This document shows positions 37,001-48,968 of a stretch of DNA of 64,000 nucleotides, one piece after another. Origin of the DNA: Ruditapes philippinarum (taxonomy: Eukaryota); the NCBI RefSeq assembly GCF_026571515.1, contig NW_026859498.1:1-64000 (forward strand), written 5' to 3'. Each line of letters begins with the position of its first letter. Positions within the stretch are counted from its first letter, which is position 1. A model generated the notes under the pieces. That model made no database searches. It was not told where the DNA came from and saw nothing but the letters and a program-made list of their open reading frames with translations. The position numbers and the translations under genes are program-made.

Positions 37001-39117
37001 AAGACAGAAATTTGTAGCCTTTGCCATATACCATGCATGTGAAATTGAATTGCGTTAATCGTTAAGCGTGTACATGTATGTAATACTTTTTACTTTTATT
37101 TAAATATTACATACTTAACGATTAACGCAAATAAAAGCATATGTCGTACTTTGAGGGTACCTATGTGTTAAATAGAGAATAACATGCTACTGTCTTTTGA
37201 TATCAATTTTATCAGGCGAGGCTGATATGGGCTAGAAAGGGCGAGGCTTGCCGAGCCCTTTCTGCCCATATCAGCCGAGCCTGATAAAATTGATATCAAA
37301 AGACAGTAGCATGTTTTTCTATTTATCATGTAACACATAATAACTGTCAAAATAACAAAATAATCAACTTTTAAATAGCGAATTTCGTTAAAAAGGGGAA
37401 TTTTTGTTCAAAGAAATAATTCTTGAAAACAAATTCCTCCGCCCCTGAAAATTAGAATTTGTAAATTTTGGCGGCCATTTTTTCTTTCGACTTGGATAAA
37501 AGATACAACAGACTGTAGGCCTAATACGATAACATTCTTACCTTTAATTTAAACATCGATCCAAAAATCGGCTTAGAATCACATAAACTAAACTTTACTG
37601 CAATTTTTGTCTTGAATTGTCAAATTCAAAAGTTCACGATAATTTCAATCAAAGAAAAGTCAACTCGGCAATCAAACACAAGCTACACAAACATGCGTCT
37701 TATTTTTTAAACGAAACAATTTGTTCACTTATTAAATAATAATCCGGCGAAATAAAGTAAACATTTACAAGTTCTCAAAGAAAACCGTCTAGCCTGTTTG
37801 TTATGATTACATGTATAGTATGACGTGAACATCGATGATGTCATTTGCAATATGAATTATGACGTCACTTCATTTAGTAGGTGCTAAAACTATTCGCTAT
37901 CTAATTTATTCGTAATTGAAATCGAAATAACAAATAAATAAATATCGCATCTTGATTCAAGACTTGTAAGGGTATGAGATCACATTGTAGAATTCACATG
38001 ATGATGAAAATGAGAATATAAGCAATTGAAAAAAAGTCGGTTAAAATGGGCGGGGCTTATTTTTGATATCAGGTTACTGACCTGATATCAAAAATAATTA
38101 TCAGGCAAGTGTTATCGGGCAGTTACCATAGCAGTTGCATGATAAAAAATGAGAGGGTACCTGTGATATAAAAATTCAAATGAAGAGAGGTAGCCTGTGC
38201 CGCTGCAAAACCGAAAGTAGGGTGTTTTTATGAATTTTACATTTATTTTTGACAATATAGATCTACTGCCATTTGTCCGAAGATGATATGTTCATGAACA
38301 TATTAAATATGTATGATGCATATATAATCAAGCCACAGGTTCATTTCAGCCCGAAAAATATGTAAGTTGATGGGCAAAGCAAGACATGTCGATTTTTTGT
38401 AGCTTATTGTGAAGTAGCAGTACATGAAAATCGGGCACATGACAAATCAGCACATAAATAAGGACCGCATAAATAAAACATTCTAGTGTTCCGTGGTATA
38501 CATCTTTTCTATGTGTCATACCTCCTTTCCTTATTACAATGAAATTTTACTGTATTGTTATCCATCCCTGGTTTGTTTTTAGCAGAGAATGACCCGTGCA
38601 TGTTCAGAGAGGGTACCGTTTGAGCAGATTTCGCAAAGAGGGTATCAATATGGATATGCACCATGTCTATACCAGGTATAAAATTTACCGAACCCGTGTG
38701 CTGAAGCGATTCCATTACAACATGTGTGCGGCGCTGTTTTGTACTTAGCCATGATGTCGATATTTTATCTGAGTGTGTGCCTGCATTAAAATTTATATGA
38801 AATCACTATTCAGGTTATGTTGAAGATTTTGGTCCAAATACTTATTTTTTATAACCATAATGAAAAATGTATAAATTAACTCATATTTATATGGTTTTAT
38901 GAATCTAAACGTAGACAGTACAAGACTTGCAACAAGTTGATCATCATGTTCATTAGCCTAGCCCTGTAGCCTGAGTAGCATGAGTAGGGCTATTTGTACA
39001 AAGCAAATTTTTATTTAATTTTTGTCAAGATATGTTCAAATTACCAAAGCCTTTGATTAACTCTGTAAAAACGCCTGGGTCACTTTCAATCAAACACCAG
39101 TCCCCGGCGCTTGACAT
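21916..39117 (-). CDS. UCHL5: Ubiquitin carboxyl-terminal hydrolase isozyme L5 (UCH37), 11 coding exons, 323 aa
   Basis: Exons: 39117-39045, 31827-31764, 29507-29402, 27738-27613, 27022-26961, 26611-26481, 26082-26016, 24671-24572, 23312-23220, 22489-22391, 21966-21916. All introns GT-AG and phase-consistent; total 972 nt. Motifs [34 protein letters not shown] (C87), FHFVSY (H163), ELDGL (D178), [18 protein letters not shown] (ULD). Confidence 0.97.
22391..22489 (-). CDS. UCHL5: UCHL5 exon 10
   Basis: [33 protein letters not shown]. Confidence 0.95.
22981..23088. repeat. 35-bp perfect tandem repeat x3
   Basis: TTAAAACCATGTGATGGAACTACTTTCAATCCACA x3. Confidence 0.9.
23220..23312 (-). CDS. 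UCHL5: UCHL5 exon 9
   Basis: [31 protein letters not shown]. Confidence 0.9.
23807..24150 (+). mobile_element. Degenerate Crypton-like element (ATAGAGGATA start)
   Basis: Shares CACGAG(G/A)TGAAAT...ATCTTACAC...ACAAATTTTCT with 17270-17325, and its 3' end with 4440-4464. Confidence 0.45.
24572..24671 (-). CDS. UCHL5: UCHL5 exon 8
   Basis: [33 protein letters not shown]. Confidence 0.95.
25195..25802. mobile_element. piggyBac-like MITE
   Basis: TTAA|CCCTTTCCCTCAT ... AGGAGGTAAAGAG|TTAA: imperfect TIR with TTAA on both sides. Confidence 0.55.
26016..26082 (-). CDS. UCHL5: UCHL5 exon 7
   Basis: [23 protein letters not shown]. Confidence 0.93.
26481..26611 (-). CDS. UCHL5: UCHL5 exon 6 (catalytic His/Asp)
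   Basis: [43 protein letters not shown]. Confidence 0.95.
26961..27022 (-). CDS. UCHL5: UCHL5 exon 5
   Basis: [21 protein letters not shown]; GTGAGT donor. Confidence 0.95.
27613..27738 (-). CDS. UCHL5: UCHL5 exon 4 (catalytic Cys)
   Basis: [42 protein letters not shown]. Confidence 0.95.
28070..28304. mobile_element. GAGCCGCG-ended 235-bp MITE, copy 2
   Basis: Long TIRs; 4-bp TSD ATTT. Confidence 0.9.
28412..28883. repeat. ~70-bp inverted repeat pair in UCHL5 intron 3
   Basis: 28412-28482 is the reverse complement of 28813-28883. Confidence 0.75.
29402..29507 (-). CDS. UCHL5: UCHL5 exon 3
   Basis: [35 protein letters not shown]. Confidence 0.95.
29558..31103. mobile_element. Kolobok-like MITE (TTAA TSD) hosting a HINE
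   Basis: TTAA|AGGAACTCCACTGA ... TCAGTTGAGTCCCT|TTAA (12/14 TIR match). Confidence 0.55.
29648..30892 (-). mobile_element. HINE-type element with ~5.5 copies of a ~161-bp satellite
   Basis: AACTAGAAATGTGTC..ATGCCCCCGC at one end. (GGAA/GACGGAAT)n and ATGCCCC-GGCC..GCGGGGGCATAAAAA hairpin at the other. TTCAAAGT landmark every ~161 bp. Confidence 0.8.
31764..31827 (-). CDS. UCHL5: UCHL5 exon 2
   Basis: [22 protein letters not shown]; CAG acceptor, GTATGT donor. Confidence 0.95.
33038..36473 (-). mobile_element. Full-length Mutator-like element (MULE)
   Basis: TIRs built of CCGGACAATTCCCCTCCC repeats. Perfect 9-bp TSD TCTTAGGGC (33029-37, 36474-82). Confidence 0.93.
33580..35839 (-). CDS. FLYWCH-MULE DDE transposase, 4 exons, 482 aa, apparently intact
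   Basis: Exons 35839-35687, 35436-35278, 34957-34445, 34203-33580, all phase-0 GT-AG. FLYWCH-type L-CHDGYVY...RWEC..C..HTH. Catalytic YMDGT, VADYE, GCFYH and TNNVCESWN. Confidence 0.88.
37169..38146 (+). mobile_element. Crypton-like non-autonomous element with ~155-bp terminal hairpin
   Basis: Near-perfect palindrome 37169-37325. TTTATCATG (37322) inverts to CATGATAAA (38138-46). Second palindrome at 38058-38097. No TSD visible. Confidence 0.55.
39045..39117 (-). CDS. UCHL5: UCHL5 exon 1
   Basis: [24 protein letters not shown]; donor G|GTAATT. Confidence 0.95.
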
Positions 39118-39169
39118 TTTATCAGTTTCTTGTTGTTTTTGTTGCTTTTTTACTGAAATAAATTTGTTT

Positions 39170-39260
39170 TCCCCACGTGAAGTCCAAACAACTCCGAATA
39201 TATAGTTTATTTAAATGCCGGTTAACACGGAAGTTCTCCGGTTTGTCCGGAAGTGGAACG
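39170..39260 (-). promoter_or_regulatory. UCHL5 proximal promoter with ETS-type motifs
   Basis: CGGAAGT (39228-34), CCGGAAGTG (39247-55) and E-box CACGTG (39174-79) lie just upstream of the ATG. Confidence 0.5.
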
Positions 39261-40294
39261 GCTTTCTGTCGCATCGTCTTTGGAATGGATAAAGGTCATT
39301 TTATAATCAAAGGGCTGCATGCTCTGTGGTATTTTCTGATCTTTCCTGTATAAGTTTATTTTTATATACTATTATTCATCTTACGCAGCGACTGCGTTTA
39401 ACAGTTTGTGATTGATACATATGGAATTTTGCATATCTAGAGTTGCATCAAAAATCATTTTTCATTTTTTTATTACAGCCACACTTTATCCTTTGATATC
39501 GTGGCTACTTCCTTAAAAAAGACACTTCAAAAAAATGTTGCCTCGACATGGATTTTAACCTTAGGCCTCTCACACCCTAAACGAGCGCGCTACCTCTGCA
39601 CCACAGTGAAGTAATACGTATGTAGCGTGAATAAAAACAAATATATTGTAATTCTAAAATTGAGAATTTTCATTTCGTATTTGTAATCCTTATTAATTTC
39701 GAGGTATTTTGTTCACGAAACACCGATGAAAATAATTTAGCGAAAATCTTCTCGCCAAAACAGTCCGACATGTATATATTCCATTACTCGACAGTCAGAT
39801 TTATTTGTGTACTACGCTCTGGAGTATTCGGTAATCGACATAGCTAAAAATAGCATTTTCATTGATTAAGCTTTACGGAAATAGTCGAACATTTTTCATT
39901 GGGTAAAAAAGATATTCATCCGCGAAATTTGTGATTGTAACCTCATATTTCTATTGACTAATGTAAACTTTAAATGCACTGTAATTCGTTTAATGCCTAC
40001 ATTAAAAATTATTCTTTCTTTTAAATTGCTGGTTTTAAGCAGTTTTGAGTGAGAACTACTTTGCGTTGTTAGGTCTGTGAGGAAATTTTGTGTTAGACCG
40101 TGGATGTTAGCTATGTATTTACTGATCATGCGATCAGAAAATACAAAAAAAAAAAACTAAATAGCATTACTTCAGACAATGTGTAATTAGTGCAAATGTA
40201 AAAGTTAATTAAGCGGTTATAAATCACACTTTTATATGAGATAAATGCATTTGCTATATGTATAAACCGGTGTTTTTTTAGATCACAATGTACT

Positions 40295-40421
40295 GTAGAT
40301 CTATATGGCTGTCTTAAATCGGTACTGGTGTAACTCTCCAGGAACGATTGTTAGGAAACTACCCGCCTACATGACTGAAATACTGTTGGGAAAGGCGTAA
40401 AATGAAACAAACAAAAACAAA
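40295..40421 (+). mobile_element. 5'-truncated SINE (3' domain plus CAAA tail)
   Basis: Reverse complement of 21324-21430; ends GGCGTAAAATGAAACAAACAAAAACAAAC. Confidence 0.7.
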
Positions 40422-41584
40422 CTGAACAACTGGCACATTCTTTTGCGAAAGTTTCTTTTTTGGTTCAGTATATATATAGTACGGACTTCTATTATTCAAT
40501 AATGTGAATATATAAAATAGAAGAACACATTTGTAAACTTATGATGCTTAATTTCAGAACTGGTCAGTGGCAGGAATCGCTTGTCTTAAATAAGAACTGC
40601 CCATTCAAGTCGAATTCCGACTACCTGTATTATAAAATCTTATTTCTTGCTTCTATACGTACTGTGTTAGGACAGGTACCCCTGTATCAAAAACATTGAA
40701 TAAGAGGGTACCTGTGATATAAAAAGAATCAATAGCAAAGAGGTGGCCTGTTTCGCTGCAAAACCGAAAGTAGGGTGATTTTATTAATTTTACATTTATT
40801 TTTGGCTAATAACTGCTATTTTCCTGAATATTATGTACATTTGTATGAGTAGTATCTATCTAAAGTTTATTTCTTTGAATACTTTTTTCATGAAGCTTTA
40901 ATCTGTTCAGATGATACTACATAACTTTGCGTGCGGTTCTGGCATTGTCTCTGGGACCACCAGTAACTGCTTTATAGTGCCGTAAAGGAGAAGCTCTAAA
41001 TTTACGAAAAAGCCATTGTTCAGAGATGTCAGTGCATCGAGTCGCCGTCAATGAGCTGCAAAACATAGGGGATGCGCTGGGTGTAAAAGTTTCACGGTGG
41101 AAAATATACGTCAATTTATGCGTTTTCTTGCCTCTATACGATTTGTCACCGGTTTCTATACATACATGTACACAGTGAGTGTTTTAGAAAAGTTGACATA
41201 GATCACAAAATTTTACATTTTTACAGAAATAAGCATTGATTTTTTATTTTTACCATTTTCACGGATCATTCCATATAGTTACATGTATATAATTTTGTTT
41301 GCCTAGTCAAACATATACAATCCAATAGCATGTTATGCATAAACATGCGTACTGATGTAAAATCATGAAGCTTCTATCTGTAATTATTCAGAGCGTAAAG
41401 TGAAAAACTTATTTATCACACACCCGTGCCGATTTTGCGACTCTGTAAATATGGTATTGCACGGCCATGCATATATTTTGACGTGACGTCATTAGCGTTA
41501 TACAAACATAGTGTAAAGACACGCTGAATGTTAGCGTTATACTATAGGCGCGTCAATGAAAATGACTCTTGTTTCACTTTAAAT

Positions 41585-41740
41585 GGTCTTTATTTTGGGT
41601 ATGTGATAAATATAATATTAAATTCGTGTAAGTTCAATACTGAATCAATTGAACTCGCCAGAGGCTCGCATAATATAATTTTATTCAACTCGTGCAATAA
41701 ATTCAGTATCGAACTTACACTCATTCAATATCCTCTATAT
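41585..41740 (-). mobile_element. Crypton-like element end (ATATAGAGGATATTGAATG on minus strand)
   Basis: Palindromic arms GTAAGTTCAATACTGAAT / ATTCAGTATCGAACTTAC. Related remnant at 27290-27360. Confidence 0.45.
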
Positions 41741-42554
41741 TTTGTTTCATTTAGATAATTATATACACAACTAAGATTGTTTTTTGATATACATGACCCT
41801 CATTCTACAGATATTTGTGGCAATATTAAGAATTGAGTTTTTTTTAAATGTACTTAATAAAGTGTAAATATTTCCCGGGCTACGGGTGATATACAAATAT
41901 GATACTAGAAATGTAGCGCTGTTTTATTGCACAGGTCAATATCTTTTTTTTTTATTATATAGAAATCGAACTAAATGTGTCTTACTATGGGCTTTCTATT
42001 AAAGTCTATTCAAAATATACACTGCATACATTATATAATCTATATACAAAAATGCATTAATATATAGAAAGCAATAAACTGTTGACCATTGTGTCATATA
42101 TGTAAGAAAGTAACCAAGTGTCTTAAATTGCAGTGAGCCAGTTCATTTAATGAACCGTCAATATGTGGTTATTTTTTCTATGCATACAATTCTTCAACAA
42201 CAGTCTAATCATGATTTTTTAAAAATCATTCTACTTCAAAGATTTGTTTTGCTTTTATTGTTTTAATACATGATTTTCAATATAAATTTACTATCATGAA
42301 AATGATTATTTCAGTCATTTTGCATAAAAGATAGATTGCTGAAATGTTGCTGTTGTCGATAAAATAATATGTAACAGAAATGAATGACGTGTTTTCACTT
42401 TCTCTAGGATATGAATATTTCTGAAGAAAGAACTTTTGTTCTTTTTTAATATTTTTTCAATGTGTGACATGTTGACTTTGATGACAATAATATTATTCTA
42501 TGTCATTATAACACATATTTTTGAAGCTGTTTTAACCATTGTTGATTAGTACTA

Positions 42555-43055
42555 TATAGTTGAGAACAGTACTGAATTATATTGAACGAATACATAGCTG
42601 CCAAAAACAGTATTGGACGAGTCAAACATTGTTGAGTACAATACTGAATTATATTGAACGAATACATAGCTGTAAAAACAGTATTGAACGAGTCGTACAT
42701 TGTTGAGTACAATACTGAATTATATTGAACGAATACATAGCTGTCAAAAACAGTATTGGACGAGTCGTTCATTGTTGAGTACAATATTGTACTATATTGA
42801 AGGAATACATAGCTGTCAAAAACAGTATTGGACGATTCGTACATTGTTGAGTACAATACTGTACTATATTGAACGAATACATAGCTGTCAAAAATAGTAT
42901 TGGACGAGTCGTACATTGTTGAGTTCAATACTGTACTATATTGAACTAATATATAGCTGTCAAAGACAGTATTGGACGAGTCGTACATTGTTGAGTACAA
43001 TACTGTATTATATTGAACGAATACATAGCTGTCAAAGATTGTATTGGACGAGTAT
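42555..43055. repeat. 72-bp minisatellite, ~7 copies
   Basis: TACATAGCTG recurs at 42591, 42663, 42734, 42806, 42878 and onward. Confidence 0.9.
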
Positions 43056-43584
43056 AGTTTTATAAAGGTTTTGTAGCTGTATAGTAGTGCATTAGAATCA
43101 GCATGGTTCTTAACCATGTTAAATGACCTCTTTCTTTCACACCACAATTTTAACATTTTGACAAAACTTTGTTATTTCAATAACAAAAAGGATGTGATAT
43201 GCATTTTGGACACTTGAAAAAATAAAAACGAGGATGGTTTGCGATATGGGTTTGATACAAACCTTTTGGACTTTGGAAATGAGAACGAGGCTATATGAGG
43301 TTTGATATAAGTTTTATAAAGAACTTGTCTAGCGCGCGTTTTTCAGTCGTCACACCTTTACTGGCTTGAACAAGTCGATGACCGGTCTATTTTATTTTCA
43401 TCTTACAAAACAGAGACTTCGCTCCTTTATTTAAAAAAATGAGATCATGTCTAATACATAATGTACCATAGATTTGACGTTCCTTTTCCTTTTTTAAACT
43501 ATAACATACTTTTATAGGCATTCAAAATGAACGAGTGTATTCTTTTAGAATGTATCTTAGCCAGTATCCATTGATTTCAGAATA

Positions 43585-44242
43585 AACAAGAACCGGTTGA
43601 ACCGGGTTATGCTCTACCCAATGAGACCTATCTACCTACAAAGTTTCATGTTGATATCTCTTATAATTTTAGAGTAATGTCCCGGACAAAGTTCAAAGTG
43701 TCAAAATGAACAAAGGGCAATAACTCCAAAAGTAGGGAAGATAGAGTTACGATACTTGTGCACTGCAAACCTACTCAATGAGATATATCTATCTGCAAAG
43801 TTTCATGTTGATAGCACTCATAGTTTTAGAGTTATGTCCCGGACAAAGTTCAAAGTGTACAAATAAACAAAGGGCAATAATTCAAGTATTAGGCAAGGCA
43901 GAGTTACGGTTCTCGTGCACTTCACACCTACTCAATGAGATTTATCTACCTACAAAGTTTCATGTTGATACAAAGTTATGTCCCGGACAAGAAAATCGGA
44001 CGGACGGACGGACGTGCCAACAATCGGGGTCTATGTGCGTTTTCTTTGATCTTTATGTGGCATTTTACCCTTACACCAGTAAAAATACCACATAAACCAG
44101 TCGGTTTATGGGATTTCTTTCTTTTTTAACTAAAATCACGGACGGAATGATGCTCATACACCATTGGATGTAGGCCTGGACAGACGGACGGACAGACAAG
44201 GCGGCGACTATATGCTCCCCCGAATCTTTCGAGGAGCATAAC
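43585..44242 (-). mobile_element. HINE-type element with ~160-bp internal repeats
   Basis: AAACAAGA end, repeated TGTCCCGGACAAAGTTCAAAGTG, (GGAC)n and ATGCTCCCC..GAGGAGCATAA hairpin. Confidence 0.75.
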
Positions 44243-44408
44243 AAAATACTCGTATATTATCCGTTGTCTTTTCGGTCCTTTGCTACGGCATAATTTCTTA
44301 TAACTGAGCTCATAAATTTATCATGAAACGTGACAGATGTATGATTATGTTGTTTTGTAGCCACGGCAAACATTATACCATTACTTTATCATAAATGAGC
44401 GTCATTTC

Positions 44409-45150
44409 GGTAGGTAGTTGGTAGATAGATATTCGAATTACCAACTACCTAATAGCTGATGGTTGGTTATTCGTAATTCCCAACTATTTAACAGGTGGTA
44501 GAACGGTAATATAATACATTATCACCGGAATGAAATGTAAGAACATATATATTTTTAAACAGAATTAAGAATCAGATGTTCGAATTTACAACTAACTTCA
44601 GTATGTAGTTGATTCGCGCGAATAACCAACTGTGTCCTCTGGTCGACGTAATGAGACGGGTGATACAGTTTGGTAGAATTCATCTGTATTGTCAATGTAT
44701 ATTGTTTGAAATACATGTAATGTTCGGACAACCATCTACGTTCTGATTGGTAGTTGGAGATTCACGAGAATAACCAGCTGAGTCCCCTGGCCAATTTACG
44801 GTGAATGGGGGTGTTACCATATTATAGAAAACACATATCTTGTTATTTAACCGTAATATTTGTTTCAGAAAAATATGTTCTGTTTTCAGAGAAATCTATG
44901 CAATATCCGAATTACCAACTACCTTGAAGAAGGAAGTTTGGTATTCTCGCGAATAACCAACCGAATTCCCTGGTGGACATAGGGTTACGTGGTATTTCAA
45001 TGTTGTAGAACACATCTATCTTGCTTTATGTCCGTTATATTTATTCCGGAGAAAATTCTGTTTTGAGGGTAAACTCAGCAATGTTCGAATTACTAACTAT
45101 ACATACCTGCTGGTTGGTAGTTTGGTATTCGCGCGAATAACCAACGAAGT
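44409..45150. repeat. Degenerate ~180-bp tandem repeat of ACCAACTAC/GTAGTTGGT inverted motifs
   Basis: CGAATTACCAACTAC and CGCGAATAACCAAC recur 4-5 times. Confidence 0.55.
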
Positions 45151-45657
45151 CTTATGGTAGATATTTTACCTTTAATTTACATATAATTTTCAAAACTTTT
45201 ATGAAAATTAGCATGAGTCTGGATGTATGATGCTTTAACAAATTCTTGTCACCTTATTAACGCAAACCGAATATTTTTAACAAGTGTAACTTGATTTAAT
45301 AGATTTGTCTCAAACCATCATGTATCATTAACAACCATGCAAGTAATTGTTTCAGCTTACTTACTGTCAATATAAGAATTTCGGTTCTATTTAACGGAAC
45401 ATGGCTTTTATCTAATATGATTCATTTTTATTGCTTGTCAACAGTCTTACTTATTTTTTGTTACTACTCGTTTGTATAAAGTTCTTTATCATAACCCCCC
45501 GGGCAAGGATTTGAATATCAGCCGTTGCAAAACACTTTAGACCTTACCGCTATATCAACTATTGAGGTGTGAAAATTCAATAGCATAATTACTCAATTTC
45601 CTGGCCATTAATGTGATAATGTATAAAGGGACTTCCAAAATTGTTAAAAATCAGAGC

Positions 45658-45731
45658 GGGCGCTGTGGTGCAGTGGTAACACTGTCTGACTACAAGTCCA
45701 GGGGTTGCGAGTTCGATCCCCCGCTACTCCA
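45658..45731 (+). mobile_element. tRNA-derived SINE head (Pol III A and B boxes)
   Basis: TGGTGCAGTGG (A box) and GTTCGATCC (B box). The acceptor stem does not pair. Confidence 0.55.
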
Positions 45732-45766
45732 CTAAAATTACTGACAATCTTTCAAGACTCTTGTAA

Positions 45767-46960
45767 TAGGACACTACTTCAATTACTTGACAACACAGAC
45801 ATTTCTCAACACCGAACACACACAAGCACAACCTACTGACCTGACCCAAAAAAACACAACACACCGACTCCCAGAACAACTGACCGAACAAACACAAAAC
45901 AAACGACCGACTCAACAGCACAGGACAAAAACACCTGCCACACAAATCAACATCGGCCGGACACACAAAACACACTATACGACACTGACCACAAACACAG
46001 GACTAACTCGACACCACAAACACACACTAAAAACTTCTCAGATCCACTGACCGGAAAACAAAACAGCAACCACCCACTCAGACACCTTTACCGACCCACA
46101 CACACAGACTCAAACCGACCGACCACACAAACAACTAACAAACTGGCCGGGCCAACAACAACACTCAATACCGACCGGACAAACACAGAACCCCTACTGA
46201 CCCGACTACAAACACAGCCCCAACTAACCTCAGACAAACCAGACCGGACCCCACACAAAAACTCTTGACCTGACCTCACACAAAACACACTATCAGACAC
46301 TGACCGACCACACAGCCACACTCAACACCGACCGGGCAACCCCAAACAACTAACCGGACTAAACCACACAGGACAACTACTAGACACTGAATGGCCAAAA
46401 AAAGCACACTACTCAGACACTGACCGGACACACACAGCACACTTCTCAGACACTGACCGGACACACACAGCACACTAGTCGCACATTAGCATGACTTACA
46501 CAGCACACTGCTCACATACTGACAGGACACTACACAGGAAACTTCACAGCTTCACCGCACACGACTCACACACTGACAGCACACAACAAAAAGATTGACC
46601 TGACACACACACACAGCGAACTACTCAGACACACTGACCTGACTCACACAGACACTAAACAGCAGCACACTACTTAAACAGGACATCACTCACACACAGG
46701 ACACTACTCACACACTGACCTGACTCAAAGGACTACAGGACACAACAACAACAACTGACACACACAGGACACAATTCACTGTTCTGACATTTCTCACACA
46801 TTGACCTGACACACAGGACACTACACACATCACAAATTGACCCAATACAACGAAAACACTCACAGGACACTAATCACACACTGACCTGACTCACAGAGAA
46901 CACTTATCACACACTGATCTGACAGATAGAGGACACTACGAACATACTGACCTTACACAC
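45767..46960. repeat. C/A-rich degenerate ~33-bp minisatellite
   Basis: Unit CACAGGACACTACTCACACACTGACCTGACT is recognisable in the 3' half and scrambled in the 5' half. Confidence 0.75.
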
Positions 46961-47719
46961 GTTTTTTATAATACCTAAGACATTTATTAAATATATCCCT
47001 ATTAATAAGCAAAGGATCAACAATAAAACCGTAAATTTAAGCATAAAAATGGTTGATAAGGCAATAGAAATTTAACCAAAAGAAGAAGAACACGTTGGCC
47101 TTGCTTTACTATATAAAAGGCGTCTATTAAAGTTTTTGAAGCAAGAACAATGTCTGCACTGCCCTATTCCAATCATCTTAAATGAAAAAAGAAAGAAAAA
47201 TAAACATGGTTTTCTAGTTTCTAAAGGTAAACAAATGGAAAGACTGAAATCAGTTCCCCTATCATTAAAGTGTTTTTCGAATATCTCGTCCAACATTTTT
47301 GTTAATCTCTAAATATTATAACTTTTGTTTTTACCTTATTCAAACGTATTGATTTATCAAAATGGTTATTAAAAATTTAACTTTTTATGTTAATCATTGT
47401 CACTTTAGTTCTTATTATTGATTATAATATTTATTAACTTATTTTGTACATCATACTTCTACCGGAAGTGTAATTTACGATAATTTAAGCAACAGTCTTA
47501 ATTGTGTAGACGCTTTAAAAAAATCGGACTTTCCGCATATGAAAAAATTCTTTTTCGAAGTAAAATTGAATATTTATATAACCCAACTGTAGGTGATCAA
47601 TTCATAGGTACGTTGTTTATGAATACGCGTCCGAAAACAGCAGGTAGCTTTTAAATTTTTAGTTACAGTTATCACAGTTATTTAACAGAAGAATTGGCAA
47701 TTTTGGGTTATTATTTTAT

Positions 47720-47940
47720 TGTTGTTTTTGGTTGTTGTTGTTTCTTGGTTGTTGTTTTTGTTGTTGTTTTTTTTTGTCGATGTCGCACCGAATCTTAAAT
47801 CATACAGCAATTTCCCATCTTTACTGTTGTAGAAATGCATGAGATGCCCTTCTCTGTATTATTTTAATGACGATCGACAAGATTCGAATCCACACCGATG
47901 AGTGGTTTGAACTTGATGACTTTTACTACACTTCCAAGAA
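47720..47940 (-). mobile_element. Old, degraded tRNA-SINE copy
   Basis: (GTT)n tail; residual reverse similarity to 58055-58336, including GATTCGAATCC. Confidence 0.5.
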
Positions 47941-48968
47941 CTCCATCACTTCACAATTTTGAAAAGAACCCTAAGATTTTATTGGCGATAGGGATATTTT
48001 TCATATAATTTGTTACACTGCACGCTTTATAACAATGTCTTAAATAGTTTCAAATAAACACTATTGTATGACAAATCATTTCAGATAATTTTTGACCGGT
48101 AAAGATCAGCTGGGAATATACAGTGTATAAATTAAAAACAACACTGAGTTACAGATTTTTCTATGAATTTATTCAATATTAAATGTGTTATATCATAAAT
48201 GTATACAAAGTACGTAAGAGGGTGTAAGTAATAATATATTACTATGGTGATATTATATAACAAATTAAATATACCACTCATTCATGAAACGAAAAACACT
48301 CAGTTTCCAACCACGTGATTAATCTGTTGTAAATGCACACATGAGAAAAATATGTATATATATTAGCCCTCCCTACAAATCTAGAAATATTATCATCAAA
48401 TTAATTCTTTCTTAAAGTGATTGGTGTTTTTTTTCTTTTTATCAAATGAAGCTCAAACTTTAAGCATTTGACTGACTTCTTTTGGTACAGCTTCCTCGGT
48501 TTCTTGTTACCATTGCACGAAAACGAAAAGTCTATAATATTAATTCTTACTTCAATGTATGTGTGCACTGTACCGAAACTTCACGGTCTTTGATCTCCAC
48601 GTAACAACATTTTGTTTAATTTGTATAAACCATAGTTCTCTCAACAACAAAAATGCATACTTAATAAAATTCATTTGTTCTGCTGTATCTATTTATAGGC
48701 CAGCAACAATTGGGGTTGGCATTAAATATTTACCTATCTAATATGTATTTACTCCCTTGGGCATTTTGAAGACTTTAAAAAAACAAAAACAAATAAAATA
48801 GTAAACTTTTCCACGTGACAAATTAGAACATACAAAACAATCATAATTATTTTGAACAACAGTGCGTGCTTTCCTGGTGCTTTGATATTTCTGCAGAAGA
48901 AAACATAGTCATTTTTTGCGATGTCTTTGACGTAATTGTCACCACGTGCGCTGTCCTCCCTCGTACAA

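Noticed and set aside
42506-43156. 216-aa ORF
   Set aside because: Produced by a 72-bp (24-codon) minisatellite; no splice or domain support.
45658-45731. Functional tRNA gene
   Set aside because: The acceptor stem does not pair and there is no downstream poly-T terminator.
45724-46473. Cys/Val-rich and Thr/His-rich ORFs
   Set aside because: Compositional artefacts of the CA/TG low-complexity tract.
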